In this document: one piece after another, positions 49,235 to 58,638 of the stretch | Layout of the letters: each line of letters starts with the position of its first letter | Numbering within the stretch: the stretch's first letter is position 1 | IMG/VR virus record: IMGVR_UViG_3300006153_000005 | Source: a virus | Taxonomy: Duplodnaviria; Heunggongvirae; Uroviricota; Caudoviricetes | DNA: 64,000 bases | Reading direction: 5' to 3' (one strand) | Notes under the pieces: generated by a model | What the model saw: the letters and a program-made list of their open reading frames with translations, nothing else | Told to the model about the DNA's origin: nothing | Databases searched by the model: none | Translations under genes and position numbers: made by a program

Positions 49235-49753
49235 ATGATAGAGCTGCTTGAAACTTATGGCATTCTGCATATAGGTATATCTTTGTTCTACTTTGACCTG
49301 GATGATCTTCCTATCATTGAAAGCCGCCGCTGGTATGTAGACAAAGACGGGTATCTTACAAGCAGCTACTATTATCTCGGTCAACTGCGGATCGTTAGGT
49401 TTCATAGGATCGTTGCCCATGCAAAACCAGGCCAATGGGTAGACCACAGAGACAAAAACCGTGCAAACAATAGAAAGCAAAATCTGAGGTGTTGTTCCTA
49501 CTCTGAGAATAACCGAAACCGTGGCCTATACTCAACCAACACTTCTGGCGTGGCCGGCATTTCATTTGACAAGAAACGTAATCGGTGGGCGGCAAGTATT
49601 ACCTACAACAGCAAACGGATATTTATAGGCCGCTTTCGTGACAAAGAGGACGCAATTATAGCCCGCCTCGAAACAGAGGTTGAGTTGTTTGGTGAGTTTG
49701 CTCCGCAATGGGAACTATATCTCGAATTAGTGCAGCAAAATGGAGGTGTGTAG
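49235..49753 (+). CDS. HNH homing endonuclease with AP2 DNA-binding domain
   Basis: 'VDHRDKNRANNRKQNLRCCSYSENNRN' HNH; 'GVAGISFDKKRNRWAASI' AP2. Confidence 0.6.
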   Translation: MIELLETYGILHIGISLFYFDLDDLPIIESRRWYVDKDGYLTSSYYYLGQLRIVRFHRIVAHAKPGQWVDHRDKNRANNRKQNLRCCSYSENNRNRGLYSTNTSGVAGISFDKKRNRWAASITYNSKRIFIGRFRDKEDAIIARLETEVELFGEFAPQWELYLELVQQNGGV

Positions 49754-49754
49754 A

Positions 49755-50150
49755 ATGCCTATCGTTGGTAATGGGAAAAATACACATATTGAATACCAGA
49801 TACCAGAGAAAATTAAAAACAATATCCCCCAGCATTTTTATATTGCATTTGCTGGGGAGCTATGCAGTGTTTTCGGGCATATGATTTTTCAGAAAGACGA
49901 ATCTGATGTTTACAGCCTGTTCTATGTTAGTAGCACAGCTGGCTGGAATGAAGCTCTGAAAATGACCTGCCAAAAGCTGAATATGTGCTGGCTTCTGGAC
50001 TACTACAATTCGCTTGAATGGTATGAATCAGATTTGTTTGATGGTGAAATGGAAGGCAAGATCGTTTCTGAGTTCATTGAAGCGGATCAAGCACAAGCAA
50101 ATGCCAATGCGTACTATAAATTTTTGTTCCAAAGGAAGGATGAAAACTAA
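49755..50150 (+). CDS. hypothetical protein
   Basis: ORF with GGAGG SD. Confidence 0.35.
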   Translation: MPIVGNGKNTHIEYQIPEKIKNNIPQHFYIAFAGELCSVFGHMIFQKDESDVYSLFYVSSTAGWNEALKMTCQKLNMCWLLDYYNSLEWYESDLFDGEMEGKIVSEFIEADQAQANANAYYKFLFQRKDEN

Positions 50151-50193
50151 ATGAAATGATGTTTTCATTTAGCCTAATCGAAGGAGGATAGTC

Positions 50194-50427
50194 ATGGCTG
50201 ATACAGAACGGGTAAGAAATATCCCAGATAAAGAGCGGTTGAGAATTGTGCGTGATGTGTCTCAGCTACAAACTGAAATCATACTACGTTTCAATACCTT
50301 TATGTGTGAAGATGTCACGAGGTACGATCTAACTAAAGCTGACATTGAACGCTTTAAGGCAAGTATCAATTATGTGATGGATGAGAAATTCGGATTCGTC
50401 ATAAGAGCGATAGCAGAGGCAACATAG
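50194..50427 (+). CDS. hypothetical protein
   Basis: ORF with GGAGG SD. Confidence 0.3.
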   Translation: MADTERVRNIPDKERLRIVRDVSQLQTEIILRFNTFMCEDVTRYDLTKADIERFKASINYVMDEKFGFVIRAIAEAT

Positions 50428-50487
50428 AAGAAATAAACTTTTTACAAAGTGGCGAATAAAATCATTGTCAAGAGGGGAGTATAGACG

Positions 50488-50688
50488 ATGGCTGTTGAAA
50501 TCCCATTCTGGGAGCGATATACCCTTTCCATAGAAGAAGCCGCAGCATATTTCAGAGTGGGAGAAAACAAGTTGCGGAAACTAATCAGCGAACATCCCGA
50601 CGCTGACTTCATCCTCTGGAACAATACCAGAGCACAAATAAAACGCAAGAAATTTGAAAACTACATTGATCGAATCAGTTTGATATGA
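50488..50688 (+). CDS. xis: excisionase-like HTH DNA-binding protein
   Basis: 'LSIEEAAAYFRVGENKLRKL'; immediately upstream of integrase. Confidence 0.45.
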   Translation: MAVEIPFWERYTLSIEEAAAYFRVGENKLRKLISEHPDADFILWNNTRAQIKRKKFENYIDRISLI

Positions 50689-50769
50689 TTTTGCTTGAGG
50701 TCAAATGCTCGGTGTGGTATAATCCAAATACCACATCGAGTTTCTTCTTCAGGCAGAAAGGAGTTCACA

Positions 50770-52041
50770 ATGGCCTCGAAAAGAAGAGACTCGAAAGGCC
50801 GACTTCTCAAAGTTGGCGAATCCCAACGAGCGGACGGGATGTATATGTACCGCTACAACGATGCTGGAGGGGTGAGACGGACTATTTACAGCTGGCGGTT
50901 AGTAGAAACCGACAAACTGCCAACAGGCAAAAAAGCTGGTGCGCCTTTACGTGATCTGGAAAAACAACTGACCCGTGATACAGATGATGGCATTGAAAGT
51001 TTCGTAGCCAGTAAGAAAACCTTGGATGACTTTTTCTACAAGTATATGGCTATGAAGAAAGAGTTGAAACCCACCACACGCTCTGGCTATTTCCAAGTCT
51101 ACAAACACTACATCAAAGATGAACTTGGTATGCGTAGCATCAGTTCTATCAAGTATAGTGATATCAAGAAGTTTTACTTAGCGCTGTTCTATGAAAAGGG
51201 AATGAAGCCAAACACAATCCACGCCGTCAATACCGTACTCCATCCTATTTTTACACTTGCAGTACGTGATGGTTATATTAGGGCGAATCCCGCATACCAA
51301 GTATATGCCGAACTGAAAAAGCAAAACGCTTGGAGCCAGGATAAGCGCCATGCGCTGACCGAAGATGAACAGGAAGCGTTTGTAGATTTCATCCGAAATT
51401 CTCAGAAATACTCTGGTTTTCTCAACCTGTTTACTGTGTTTCTTGGGACTGGTTGCCGTGTAGGTGAAGTCATCGGACTTCGCTGGGACGACTGTGATTT
51501 CACTGATAATCTCATTTCTATCAACCACAGCTTGGCCTTTTGTAAGCCTGAAAATGAGAAGAAAATGAGATTCCTTGTGTCCTCTCCGAAGACCGAAGCT
51601 GGTGAGCGGATAATCCCTATGCTGAAAGAAGTTAAGTCTGCTCTAATCTCTGAACGGCTTAGGCAGATGGCGGAGGGTTTCAACAAAAACGAAGTAGACG
51701 GATACTCTGGGTTCATTTTCCAGACGAAGCGTGGCAATCTGTATACCAGCGTAAGCATTAACCGTATCATCAACAACATCATCCGTGACTACAATGCCTC
51801 AGAGGAGCAGGCCGCTAAAAAGCAGAAGCGGAAGCCGCTCTTGCTCCCGCACTTCTCCGTTCATAATTTAAGGCACACGTTCTGCACTCGTTTCTGTGAG
51901 AACGAAACCAATTTGAAGGTCATTCAAGAGATCATGGGACACGCCAATATCTCGACCACCATGGATATCTACAATGAAGCAACGATGGAGAAGAAAAAGG
52001 CCAGCTTTGCGAACCTTGAGGGCAAGATTAAGATTGGCTGA
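50770..52041 (+). CDS. int: tyrosine-type site-specific integrase
   Basis: catalytic 'RHTFCTRF', 'HANISTTMDIY'. Confidence 0.8.
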   Translation: MASKRRDSKGRLLKVGESQRADGMYMYRYNDAGGVRRTIYSWRLVETDKLPTGKKAGAPLRDLEKQLTRDTDDGIESFVASKKTLDDFFYKYMAMKKELKPTTRSGYFQVYKHYIKDELGMRSISSIKYSDIKKFYLALFYEKGMKPNTIHAVNTVLHPIFTLAVRDGYIRANPAYQVYAELKKQNAWSQDKRHALTEDEQEAFVDFIRNSQKYSGFLNLFTVFLGTGCRVGEVIGLRWDDCDFTDNLISINHSLAFCKPENEKKMRFLVSSPKTEAGERIIPMLKEVKSALISERLRQMAEGFNKNEVDGYSGFIFQTKRGNLYTSVSINRIINNIIRDYNASEEQAAKKQKRKPLLLPHFSVHNLRHTFCTRFCENETNLKVIQEIMGHANISTTMDIYNEATMEKKKASFANLEGKIKIG

Positions 52042-52383
52042 TTACATCCGCTTGCATACACCAAATTCTACACCACTTCACGAAAATTTTCTAAGAAGCT
52101 ATAAGAAATTGTGTGAAAAAATTCTGGATTGTATCGCAAGCGGAGCAGTTTTGAGAACTTATAAGAAACCATGAGCAACAATATTTATATCTTAAAGATA
52201 TAAGTATTTCAAAACCGACTTTAACCAGAATGTGCGTAATTCTGTGTTAAACACAAAAAAATTCACCATATCTTGTGTAAATTGTTTTGGCATATCGGGA
52301 GTGCCATTTCAGCTTTACACCAAGTTTACACCATTTGAAGAAAAGCTCGATGTGGTTTTCAAATTCCTTGCGAAGCAAAAAAA
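52042..52383. other. AT-rich noncoding region with four TACACCA repeats (two 22-bp direct repeats 52055-52076 / 52312-52333) and short palindromes: candidate attP
   Basis: direct repeats flanking palindromes TATATCTTAAAGATATA and TGTGTTAAACACA; adjacent to int. Confidence 0.35.
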
Positions 52384-52420
52384 GAGGGCGTAAGTATCGT
52401 AATTTGATACATACGCCCTC
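52384..52420 (-). terminator. rho-independent terminator of - strand late operon (GAGGGCGT...ACGCCCTC followed by T7 on - strand)
   Basis: 8-bp stem then TTTTTTT. Confidence 0.55.
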
Positions 52421-52428
52421 AATTTGCT

Positions 52429-52878
52429 TTAGACTTTAAGGAAACCATTTGTCCTCTCGTTCTCTTCATACACGCGCTTAATATTTGCGATAGCCATTAC
52501 AGCTCGATTGTTCTTGTATCCTGGGTGCTCTTCACAATACCGCTCGTACTCGTCAATCTCTGTAAGCATATCTACAAAATGTTCATGTGTATAATTTTTC
52601 CCACGCATCAGCTCAACATTGAAGTTAAGGATATCTCGACGACGAGAGTTTGCATCACGCTCGTCGTCTACACGGATATGCTCTTCCAGTTGCACCCTTG
52701 TTTCGGCCTGACCGTCTTCCAATTCGTCCAGTTTCTTCAACACATCACCGTTCAACGCCCGACCAATCCACCGAGCAATAGCACCCCACGGATCAATCTT
52801 GATTGGTGCAATTTGAAGAATGGTTAAAATAATTACAAGCGCACCGCCACCATTCAGAAAAATTTCTTTGAGAGTCAT
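52429..52878 (-). CDS. membrane-anchored coiled-coil protein (lysis-cassette associated)
   Basis: N-terminal TM helix. Confidence 0.4.
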   Translation of the reverse strand: MTLKEIFLNGGGALVIILTILQIAPIKIDPWGAIARWIGRALNGDVLKKLDELEDGQAETRVQLEEHIRVDDERDANSRRRDILNFNVELMRGKNYTHEHFVDMLTEIDEYERYCEEHPGYKNNRAVMAIANIKRVYEENERTNGFLKV

Positions 52879-53129
52879 TACTGCTTCACCTCAGAACCTT
52901 GCACCGCATCAATGGCATCTTGAATTTGGCCCGCAGTATTGCCCACAGCTTCCTTGTCGATGCGTCCCTCAGTGACAATGTAAGTCATCACAGATGCCAA
53001 AGAAACAACTGCTCCAGCAATACTGGTAATCACATTTTCATCAAGCCCAAACACCATAGCCAAGCCGGTGACAACACCAGCAACTGCCGCCCACAGTTTA
53101 CGACTTGTAAGTTTCTGCATAATCTTCAT
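52878..53129 (-). CDS. putative holin (83 aa, two TM)
   Basis: hydrophobic helices, adjacent to lysins. Confidence 0.4.
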   Translation of the reverse strand: MKIMQKLTSRKLWAAVAGVVTGLAMVFGLDENVITSIAGAVVSLASVMTYIVTEGRIDKEAVGNTAGQIQDAIDAVQGSEVKQ

Positions 53130-53148
53130 ATCTAATCATCCTCCTTTT

Positions 53149-53442
53149 TTACGCATGAATGATAGGAATACCATATTCACGAGCGCACAGGTTTTCAATC
53201 TTACACCCTCTGGCTTGTTCCCATCCTTCACAAAACCACACCCAATCAGCGCCAGCAAGGAGCTTCAGACTATCGCCTAAATACTCCAACGGCTTTCCAT
53301 CGCCGTCTTGAAAAAAGCTATCAATGACCTCAACTTCCTCTTTCAAGATTCTTTCAGCGGCAAGTTTGGCATACTCCCGCTCGGCTGCAATCTCTTCATC
53401 CGATCTACCCCGCATAGGCTGGGAGATAAAAAGCTGAACCAT
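53149..53442 (-). CDS. hypothetical protein
   Basis: ORF. Confidence 0.35.
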   Translation of the reverse strand: MVQLFISQPMRGRSDEEIAAEREYAKLAAERILKEEVEVIDSFFQDGDGKPLEYLGDSLKLLAGADWVWFCEGWEQARGCKIENLCAREYGIPIIHA

Positions 53443-53456
53443 TTTCTTTCTCCTTA

Positions 53457-53795
53457 TTAAATCATCGGGCTTTCGTCACTGCCAGTGTCCATCTCAAAGT
53501 TGCTTGCTTTGGCGGACTCGAAAGTGATACCACCTTCACTATGATCTGACTTTGCCATATTGAGATAGAACGAGCACACAACGCCATGAGCAGTCCAAGG
53601 AAGCCCCACCATAGCACTTAGCCACGGCAAAGAGCCAGTATACCCTTTACGAACACAATAGGCTGCCAGGACGATACCTCCAAGAGTTACCACCCACAGC
53701 AGCCACCTAATGTCCGAAATCAGCCTTTTGGAAAAATCCTTTTTGGCTGTTTTGGGTTTTGCCAACCTTTTTCCGCCTCCACCAAAAACAACCAT
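53457..53795 (-). CDS. membrane protein
   Basis: two hydrophobic helices. Confidence 0.35.
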   Translation of the reverse strand: MVVFGGGGKRLAKPKTAKKDFSKRLISDIRWLLWVVTLGGIVLAAYCVRKGYTGSLPWLSAMVGLPWTAHGVVCSFYLNMAKSDHSEGGITFESAKASNFEMDTGSDESPMI

Positions 53796-53806
53796 ATTGT
53801 TACCTC

Positions 53807-54889
53807 TTATGCTTTACCCATCAGTTGAGCAAACCGATAAAGCACAGCTACAAACTGCTCACGGGTAAGCATATCAGCCCACATACAGTTCGGTTCGCCG
53901 TTGATGGTTGTTCCGTTGCCGGCAATAAGACCGTTTGAAGTCGCCCACTCACGAGCCTTTGCGCTCCAATCACCAGCGTCATTGTCCTGCCATGCACTCC
54001 GCATTTCTTTCCACAGCTCAGTAAACCGATTCACGTCCATATCGTCATCCTCCTTTGTAGATTCAGTTGTAGCAATCTTTTCAACATATTTAAGTGAAAC
54101 CCAGCCAAGGCCGGTGAAACCCCACCCGTTTTTCTCTTTGCTGATAACCAGTGTTGTTCCATAAGGATACGTTGTAAGCACTGGATTTTGTGACGGTTCT
54201 GGTCTGCAATTCAATCCATCCTTAGCGGTAACTTTGCATTGGTAATTGACAGTTGCTCCTTGTTCAGACGAAATGACACCGCCACCACCATTGAGGATTT
54301 CCTGGACTTCTTTACGCAGCGCATCCATACTCTTGCCATGCTTCGGCCACCAATGCCCAACATCACCATGATTAGAACCATAACCGGCCTTATATGACTC
54401 GGCATGATCACTGATGCCAGAAACAGGATAGCCAAATTTCTTGACCATATAGACATTCCAGGCTACAACCATCTTCCACATACGATCAAAAAATTGCTGG
54501 TTATTTGCCACATCGTATCCAATCATTGTACCGCCCGCATAAGTATGACCAGCAGGCTCTGTAATCTCCCACTGCACCTTTGTGTTATTCCAAGATCCTT
54601 TGCTGCCCGCTCCACATCCCCATGGACGAGTGTTCCAGTTCAAAGCGAGAATAATTTTTCCCTCACCTTTGTGGAAGTCACCCAGAATAGCATTTACTCC
54701 CCAACCAGCGCTTCCTTTATTCATATTCTTAAAGAACACATCGGCTGATGGTTGGGCGCAGCCAACAGAATGATTTACACAGCCAGCAGGTGTAATTGTT
54801 CTGCCGCTGGTATATGCTCCGTTACTTGTCGCAGGACAGATTTCCAAATGGCTCTCAACATAATTGATACATTCTTGAACCGTCATCAT
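53807..54889 (-). CDS. endolysin: N-acetylmuramoyl-L-alanine amidase with C-terminal SLH-like cell-wall-binding domain
   Basis: amidase-like N-domain; C-terminal 'DWSAKAREWATSNGLIAGNG...TREQFVAVLYRF' SLH consensus. Confidence 0.55.
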   Translation of the reverse strand: MMTVQECINYVESHLEICPATSNGAYTSGRTITPAGCVNHSVGCAQPSADVFFKNMNKGSAGWGVNAILGDFHKGEGKIILALNWNTRPWGCGAGSKGSWNNTKVQWEITEPAGHTYAGGTMIGYDVANNQQFFDRMWKMVVAWNVYMVKKFGYPVSGISDHAESYKAGYGSNHGDVGHWWPKHGKSMDALRKEVQEILNGGGGVISSEQGATVNYQCKVTAKDGLNCRPEPSQNPVLTTYPYGTTLVISKEKNGWGFTGLGWVSLKYVEKIATTESTKEDDDMDVNRFTELWKEMRSAWQDNDAGDWSAKAREWATSNGLIAGNGTTINGEPNCMWADMLTREQFVAVLYRFAQLMGKA

Positions 54890-54890
54890 A

Positions 54891-55175
54891 TCAATCCACC
54901 TCTACATACTCTCTGCCCCAGTAAGGCTCTCCTCCATCATCTGGCGTCTTCAGTACGGCATACCACGCCTTACCACCATCTTTACGAAAGTTGGGGTTGA
55001 CAGTCTTAGAGCAAAATCCAAAGCTACCCTCGTCCTCTTCCGCATCAGCCCGACAAATCTTGCTGGTACATTCCGTGTTCTTTGTGGGATCGCACTCATA
55101 AAACAGAACCCTCTGTCCTGTTGTGCCATCCACCAAATACCCATTACGGGGAACGATGTTATTTACATTGACCAT
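54891..55175 (-). CDS. hypothetical protein
   Basis: ORF. Confidence 0.3.
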   Translation of the reverse strand: MVNVNNIVPRNGYLVDGTTGQRVLFYECDPTKNTECTSKICRADAEEDEGSFGFCSKTVNPNFRKDGGKAWYAVLKTPDDGGEPYWGREYVEVD

Positions 55176-55240
55176 GTTTTCACCTCAAAACTTTTTCTGA
55201 ATATTGGTTAGCAAAATAGGAAGCCAGTCTGATATATAAA

Positions 55241-55972
55241 TCAGAGGCTCCCTATCAGCTTTGAAAATCGGTATAATACAACAGCAAATTGCTCTCTCGT
55301 CAAAAAGTCCTGCCACATATAGTTAGGAACTCCATTGACAGTAGTACCATTACCAGCAATTAAGCCAGTGCTTACTGCCCATTGTCTGGCATCTGCGCTC
55401 CAATCACCAGCGTCGTTATCCTGCAAATTGCTTCTCATTTCTTGAAAGAGCTTTATGAACTCTTCAAGGCTGGCTGTAGTGAACTGGTCATAATATCGTT
55501 GTCCATACTCAGCCCGCTTCGTTTGAACACCCTCACTCTGATTTGCCGGCCTCTCATAGTTTAACAACACAGCATTTGATGCTTCCAGCACAGAGGTAGC
55601 AGACTTCAAAACAGATACAACACCAGGATAACTCTCGGACAATTCTTTCCATAAGAAATCCAACTGCATAATCAGATCACCAATAGATTTACCAGCCGCC
55701 CTTGCAAAATTGAGAAGATTTTGCTTGCGGCTCCAATAAGTCCATTGCGCCAGCCCAAATCCTGCCTTATCATACACGAAGTTTGTATATGTGCCATTGT
55801 CCACAGCTGTGACATAGGCGTTATCATTCATGCTTAGAGATTTTTCGTAACTGTTCTGTAAATTTCTTGGGTTCAACCCACTCTCAGCGAATAAGTTCCC
55901 CATAAGACCTGCCACACCGTACTCATTCAGTCCCTTTGCTCTGAGGTAATCATGGATTACCAGTTCGTTCAT
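55241..55972 (-). CDS. second lysin: lysozyme-like domain ('GLMGNLFAESG', paralogous to 35548-36253) plus same SLH-like C-terminal domain
   Basis: shared 'DAGDWSA.AR.WA...GLIAGNGTT.NG...TREQF' with 53807-54889. Confidence 0.5.
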   Translation of the reverse strand: MNELVIHDYLRAKGLNEYGVAGLMGNLFAESGLNPRNLQNSYEKSLSMNDNAYVTAVDNGTYTNFVYDKAGFGLAQWTYWSRKQNLLNFARAAGKSIGDLIMQLDFLWKELSESYPGVVSVLKSATSVLEASNAVLLNYERPANQSEGVQTKRAEYGQRYYDQFTTASLEEFIKLFQEMRSNLQDNDAGDWSADARQWAVSTGLIAGNGTTVNGVPNYMWQDFLTREQFAVVLYRFSKLIGSL

Positions 55973-55984
55973 ATGCTCGCCTCC

Positions 55985-57010
55985 TCACAGATCAGACAGG
56001 CTCGTTTGCTTTTGTCCGACAATCTCTCCATCTTGGAAATACTTCCCGATTTCCTCTTCATCATCAATATCCTTGTAGATCTCCACCATTTCCAGACTCT
56101 CCCAGCCGATGATAGTCTTGATTACAGAGTCTGGCAGGTTGGCCTTAGCCAGAGATGTAGTGAAGAAGTGTCGGAGGCTATGCCAATACACTGGGATATC
56201 CAAAATGTTAGAGAACGTCTCTGTCCAGCTATTCAGCGTTGAAATCGGGATTGGCTGAGTAGGATCATCTTTGTCTGGGAAAAGCCATTCACTATCAATA
56301 CCAAGTTCCGCCCGTTTCTGCATCCATAGGTCGAAATACGGTTTGAACGGTTTAGAAAGCACATAACACGTCAACATCTTGCCATTTACGCCACGCCCTT
56401 TGGTCTTGATTTTTTCAGGCGTTTTATAAAGTGAGCCATAGATGATATTCTCATCGTCAAAATATGACACTTTGAACCTCGGCAACTCAGACTTGCGCCG
56501 TCCAGAATAGCGAGCCAGAGCAAAACAGCAGGCTTTCTCATATTGCTTGCGTCCAACCAAATACTCCAGCAGAGTATCCGCTTGTTCATCAGTTAGCACT
56601 GTTTTCTCTCTGGTTGGTTCATTGATTGGGTTTTCAATCTTCCGAACGATTGAACGGAATCCTGGAAGTTCATCATCCAAAATTGCCTCAATGTAATTGC
56701 TGAGAGAGGAAAGTGTTGCCTTCAGCCGGCGCACACGAGCCGGAGAGTTTTCATTGTCCCGCAACAACCAGTTTTGATAAGCGACAATATCTCGTTTGCT
56801 AACCTCTGGAAAATATTTATTGTCAGCATTTTGAAGCACCCACACAAAGAAGATATAGAGATCGCTTGTGTAGGCTTTCACGGTAGACTCTGCTTTGCCA
56901 ACCGACCTCAGATAGTCCAGAAAGTCATTCATCAGCCGAATGTTCTTCGGATTGATCTGGGCGATCAACTCAGGTGAGGTAATTTTGTTTTGCTTTGTTT
57001 TTCGTCCCAT
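55985..57010 (-). CDS. second tyrosine recombinase (XerC/D-like)
   Basis: 'ARYSGRRKSE', 'WHSLRHFFTT', 'LEMVEIYKD'. Confidence 0.75.
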   Translation of the reverse strand: MGRKTKQNKITSPELIAQINPKNIRLMNDFLDYLRSVGKAESTVKAYTSDLYIFFVWVLQNADNKYFPEVSKRDIVAYQNWLLRDNENSPARVRRLKATLSSLSNYIEAILDDELPGFRSIVRKIENPINEPTREKTVLTDEQADTLLEYLVGRKQYEKACCFALARYSGRRKSELPRFKVSYFDDENIIYGSLYKTPEKIKTKGRGVNGKMLTCYVLSKPFKPYFDLWMQKRAELGIDSEWLFPDKDDPTQPIPISTLNSWTETFSNILDIPVYWHSLRHFFTTSLAKANLPDSVIKTIIGWESLEMVEIYKDIDDEEEIGKYFQDGEIVGQKQTSLSDL

Positions 57011-57035
57011 ATAGCCCTCCTTTCTACTATCTGGA

Positions 57036-57069
57036 TATGGGAAAAGCCCAGCGGATCTCTCCGCTGGGC
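57036..57069 (-). terminator. rho-independent terminator (GCCCAGCGG-atctct-CCGCTGGGC then TTTT on - strand)
   Basis: 9-bp stem + T-run. Confidence 0.5.
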
Positions 57070-57292
57070 TTGATATTTGGCGAATAGTAGGGCGGCATAT
57101 CCTACATCTCAGGTTCCATTGTTGGAGTGTTGGGAGCCATTTCCAACCTCATTCGTCAAACAAAATTGTACTTTTATTCAAACTGCTACACATCTATCTC
57201 GTTGCTTTCTGGAGAGAAAAATACTGTTATTTCAGTTTTGTTGGTCAAAGCGATAATAAAACTCATATCACCCATATGTCTTCACCTCTTTC

Positions 57293-57321
57293 TTGCAAAA
57301 CAGATTTGCATATGCTATAAT
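57293..57321 (+). promoter_or_regulatory. promoter-like TTGCAA-17-TGcTATAAT
   Basis: extended -10. Confidence 0.3.
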
Positions 57322-57584
57322 GTGTCCGTAAATCCAGCCACAGAAGAACCAAGCAGCTTTTTCAGAACAACGCTCAGTTCGTCAACGTAAATTGCCTGCG
57401 GCTTCTCCGCCATGCCTTGCAACTCTTGTGTGGAAATAGGACGCGGAATTTGTACGTGCAGCTTCTCCGCAAGCTCTATAATGTATTGCGGTTGCATAGA
57501 GACGATTGGGATACCGGTTTGCGCCGACATGCAGATCAGATTTGTTGTTTTCCCATGCCCGCGTTCTTTAAGAATAATGTCCAT
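57315..57584 (-). CDS. hypothetical protein
   Basis: ORF. Confidence 0.3.
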   Translation of the reverse strand: MDIILKERGHGKTTNLICMSAQTGIPIVSMQPQYIIELAEKLHVQIPRPISTQELQGMAEKPQAIYVDELSVVLKKLLGSSVAGFTDTL

Positions 57585-57764
57585 ATAAAATCCTTTCGAT
57601 CGGAGTGTTGCAGAATCTCTTGGTTTGTGCTATACTCCCATTAAATAACCTGAGCGCTTTAATCCAATATGTTTTATTACCACCACTAACCAGCTTGTTA
57701 CTGGCAAACTGGATTCCCTCGTATGAAGGTAGTAAGCTGAAAATTTTAAGATGGGAGAAATATT

Positions 57765-57971
57765 ATGGATAGCAAACTAACCGAAGATGAAATTCGACAA
57801 TTAGCTCTTGTTTATGCTCACGCAAAGTTCTCTCAATATCTACAGAGCGATACTCCACGTAGCCGTAATGATATGCGAGATTATGAGATGCTGGAGTTGT
57901 CAACACTCACAGAATTTTATAACTCCGCAAAGCAATCACTTCGTAGAGTTGATAAGTGGGAATTTACTTAA
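57765..57971 (+). CDS. hypothetical protein
   Basis: ORF. Confidence 0.3.
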   Translation: MDSKLTEDEIRQLALVYAHAKFSQYLQSDTPRSRNDMRDYEMLELSTLTEFYNSAKQSLRRVDKWEFT

Positions 57972-58189
57972 AAGTATTCATATCCATTTGCTCAATTACA
58001 CGATCCCGCACAACACCTAACGCCCACAATATATCTCGATATTCTGCGTTTTGTTTGCGAAGATAGTCCGTGATATCGTCTGTCATTTTCTTTGCAATTT
58101 TAGAGTGTTTCACCCTATCTTCTGTGTCTTTGTAACTCATAAATATTCCCCCATAAAATCAGAAGAGAGCGGCGATAAACCGCTCTCTT

Positions 58190-58624
58190 TTATAATGTAT
58201 AATGCGGCTTCTCTCCACCGCAGATCTTATACTCCAGCCAGTCAAATACCACAATGACGGGAATTGCCAGCAGGCACCACAGAATGGTGTACAGTGGGCA
58301 AATCTGCCCAAGGATATTTCCAAACTGGTTGGAGTAATCCCATACGCCCATACCCAACCAGACGTTCACAATCAGTCCAGTCACAAACTCCATAACTGTA
58401 ATGGTCAGTCCGCCAAGAACGCCTTGCAGAAGCAAAGGCATATCCCACGGAATATGCTCGTTCGCAATATCCAGTGGGATACACAGAATTGCCGCCAGCA
58501 GAACCATCGTCCAATGGGTGTACCCACGCCAAGCGATTTCAAGCAGACCATATAGGCATCCACCAAACACCCAGCGCAGAATATGAGCTGACACCTTACA
58601 GGTCAATTCTTTTCTTGTGCCCAT
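58190..58624 (-). CDS. polytopic membrane protein
   Basis: 4 hydrophobic helices. Confidence 0.4.
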   Translation of the reverse strand: MGTRKELTCKVSAHILRWVFGGCLYGLLEIAWRGYTHWTMVLLAAILCIPLDIANEHIPWDMPLLLQGVLGGLTITVMEFVTGLIVNVWLGMGVWDYSNQFGNILGQICPLYTILWCLLAIPVIVVFDWLEYKICGGEKPHYTL

Positions 58625-58638
58625 ATAGAATCAACACC

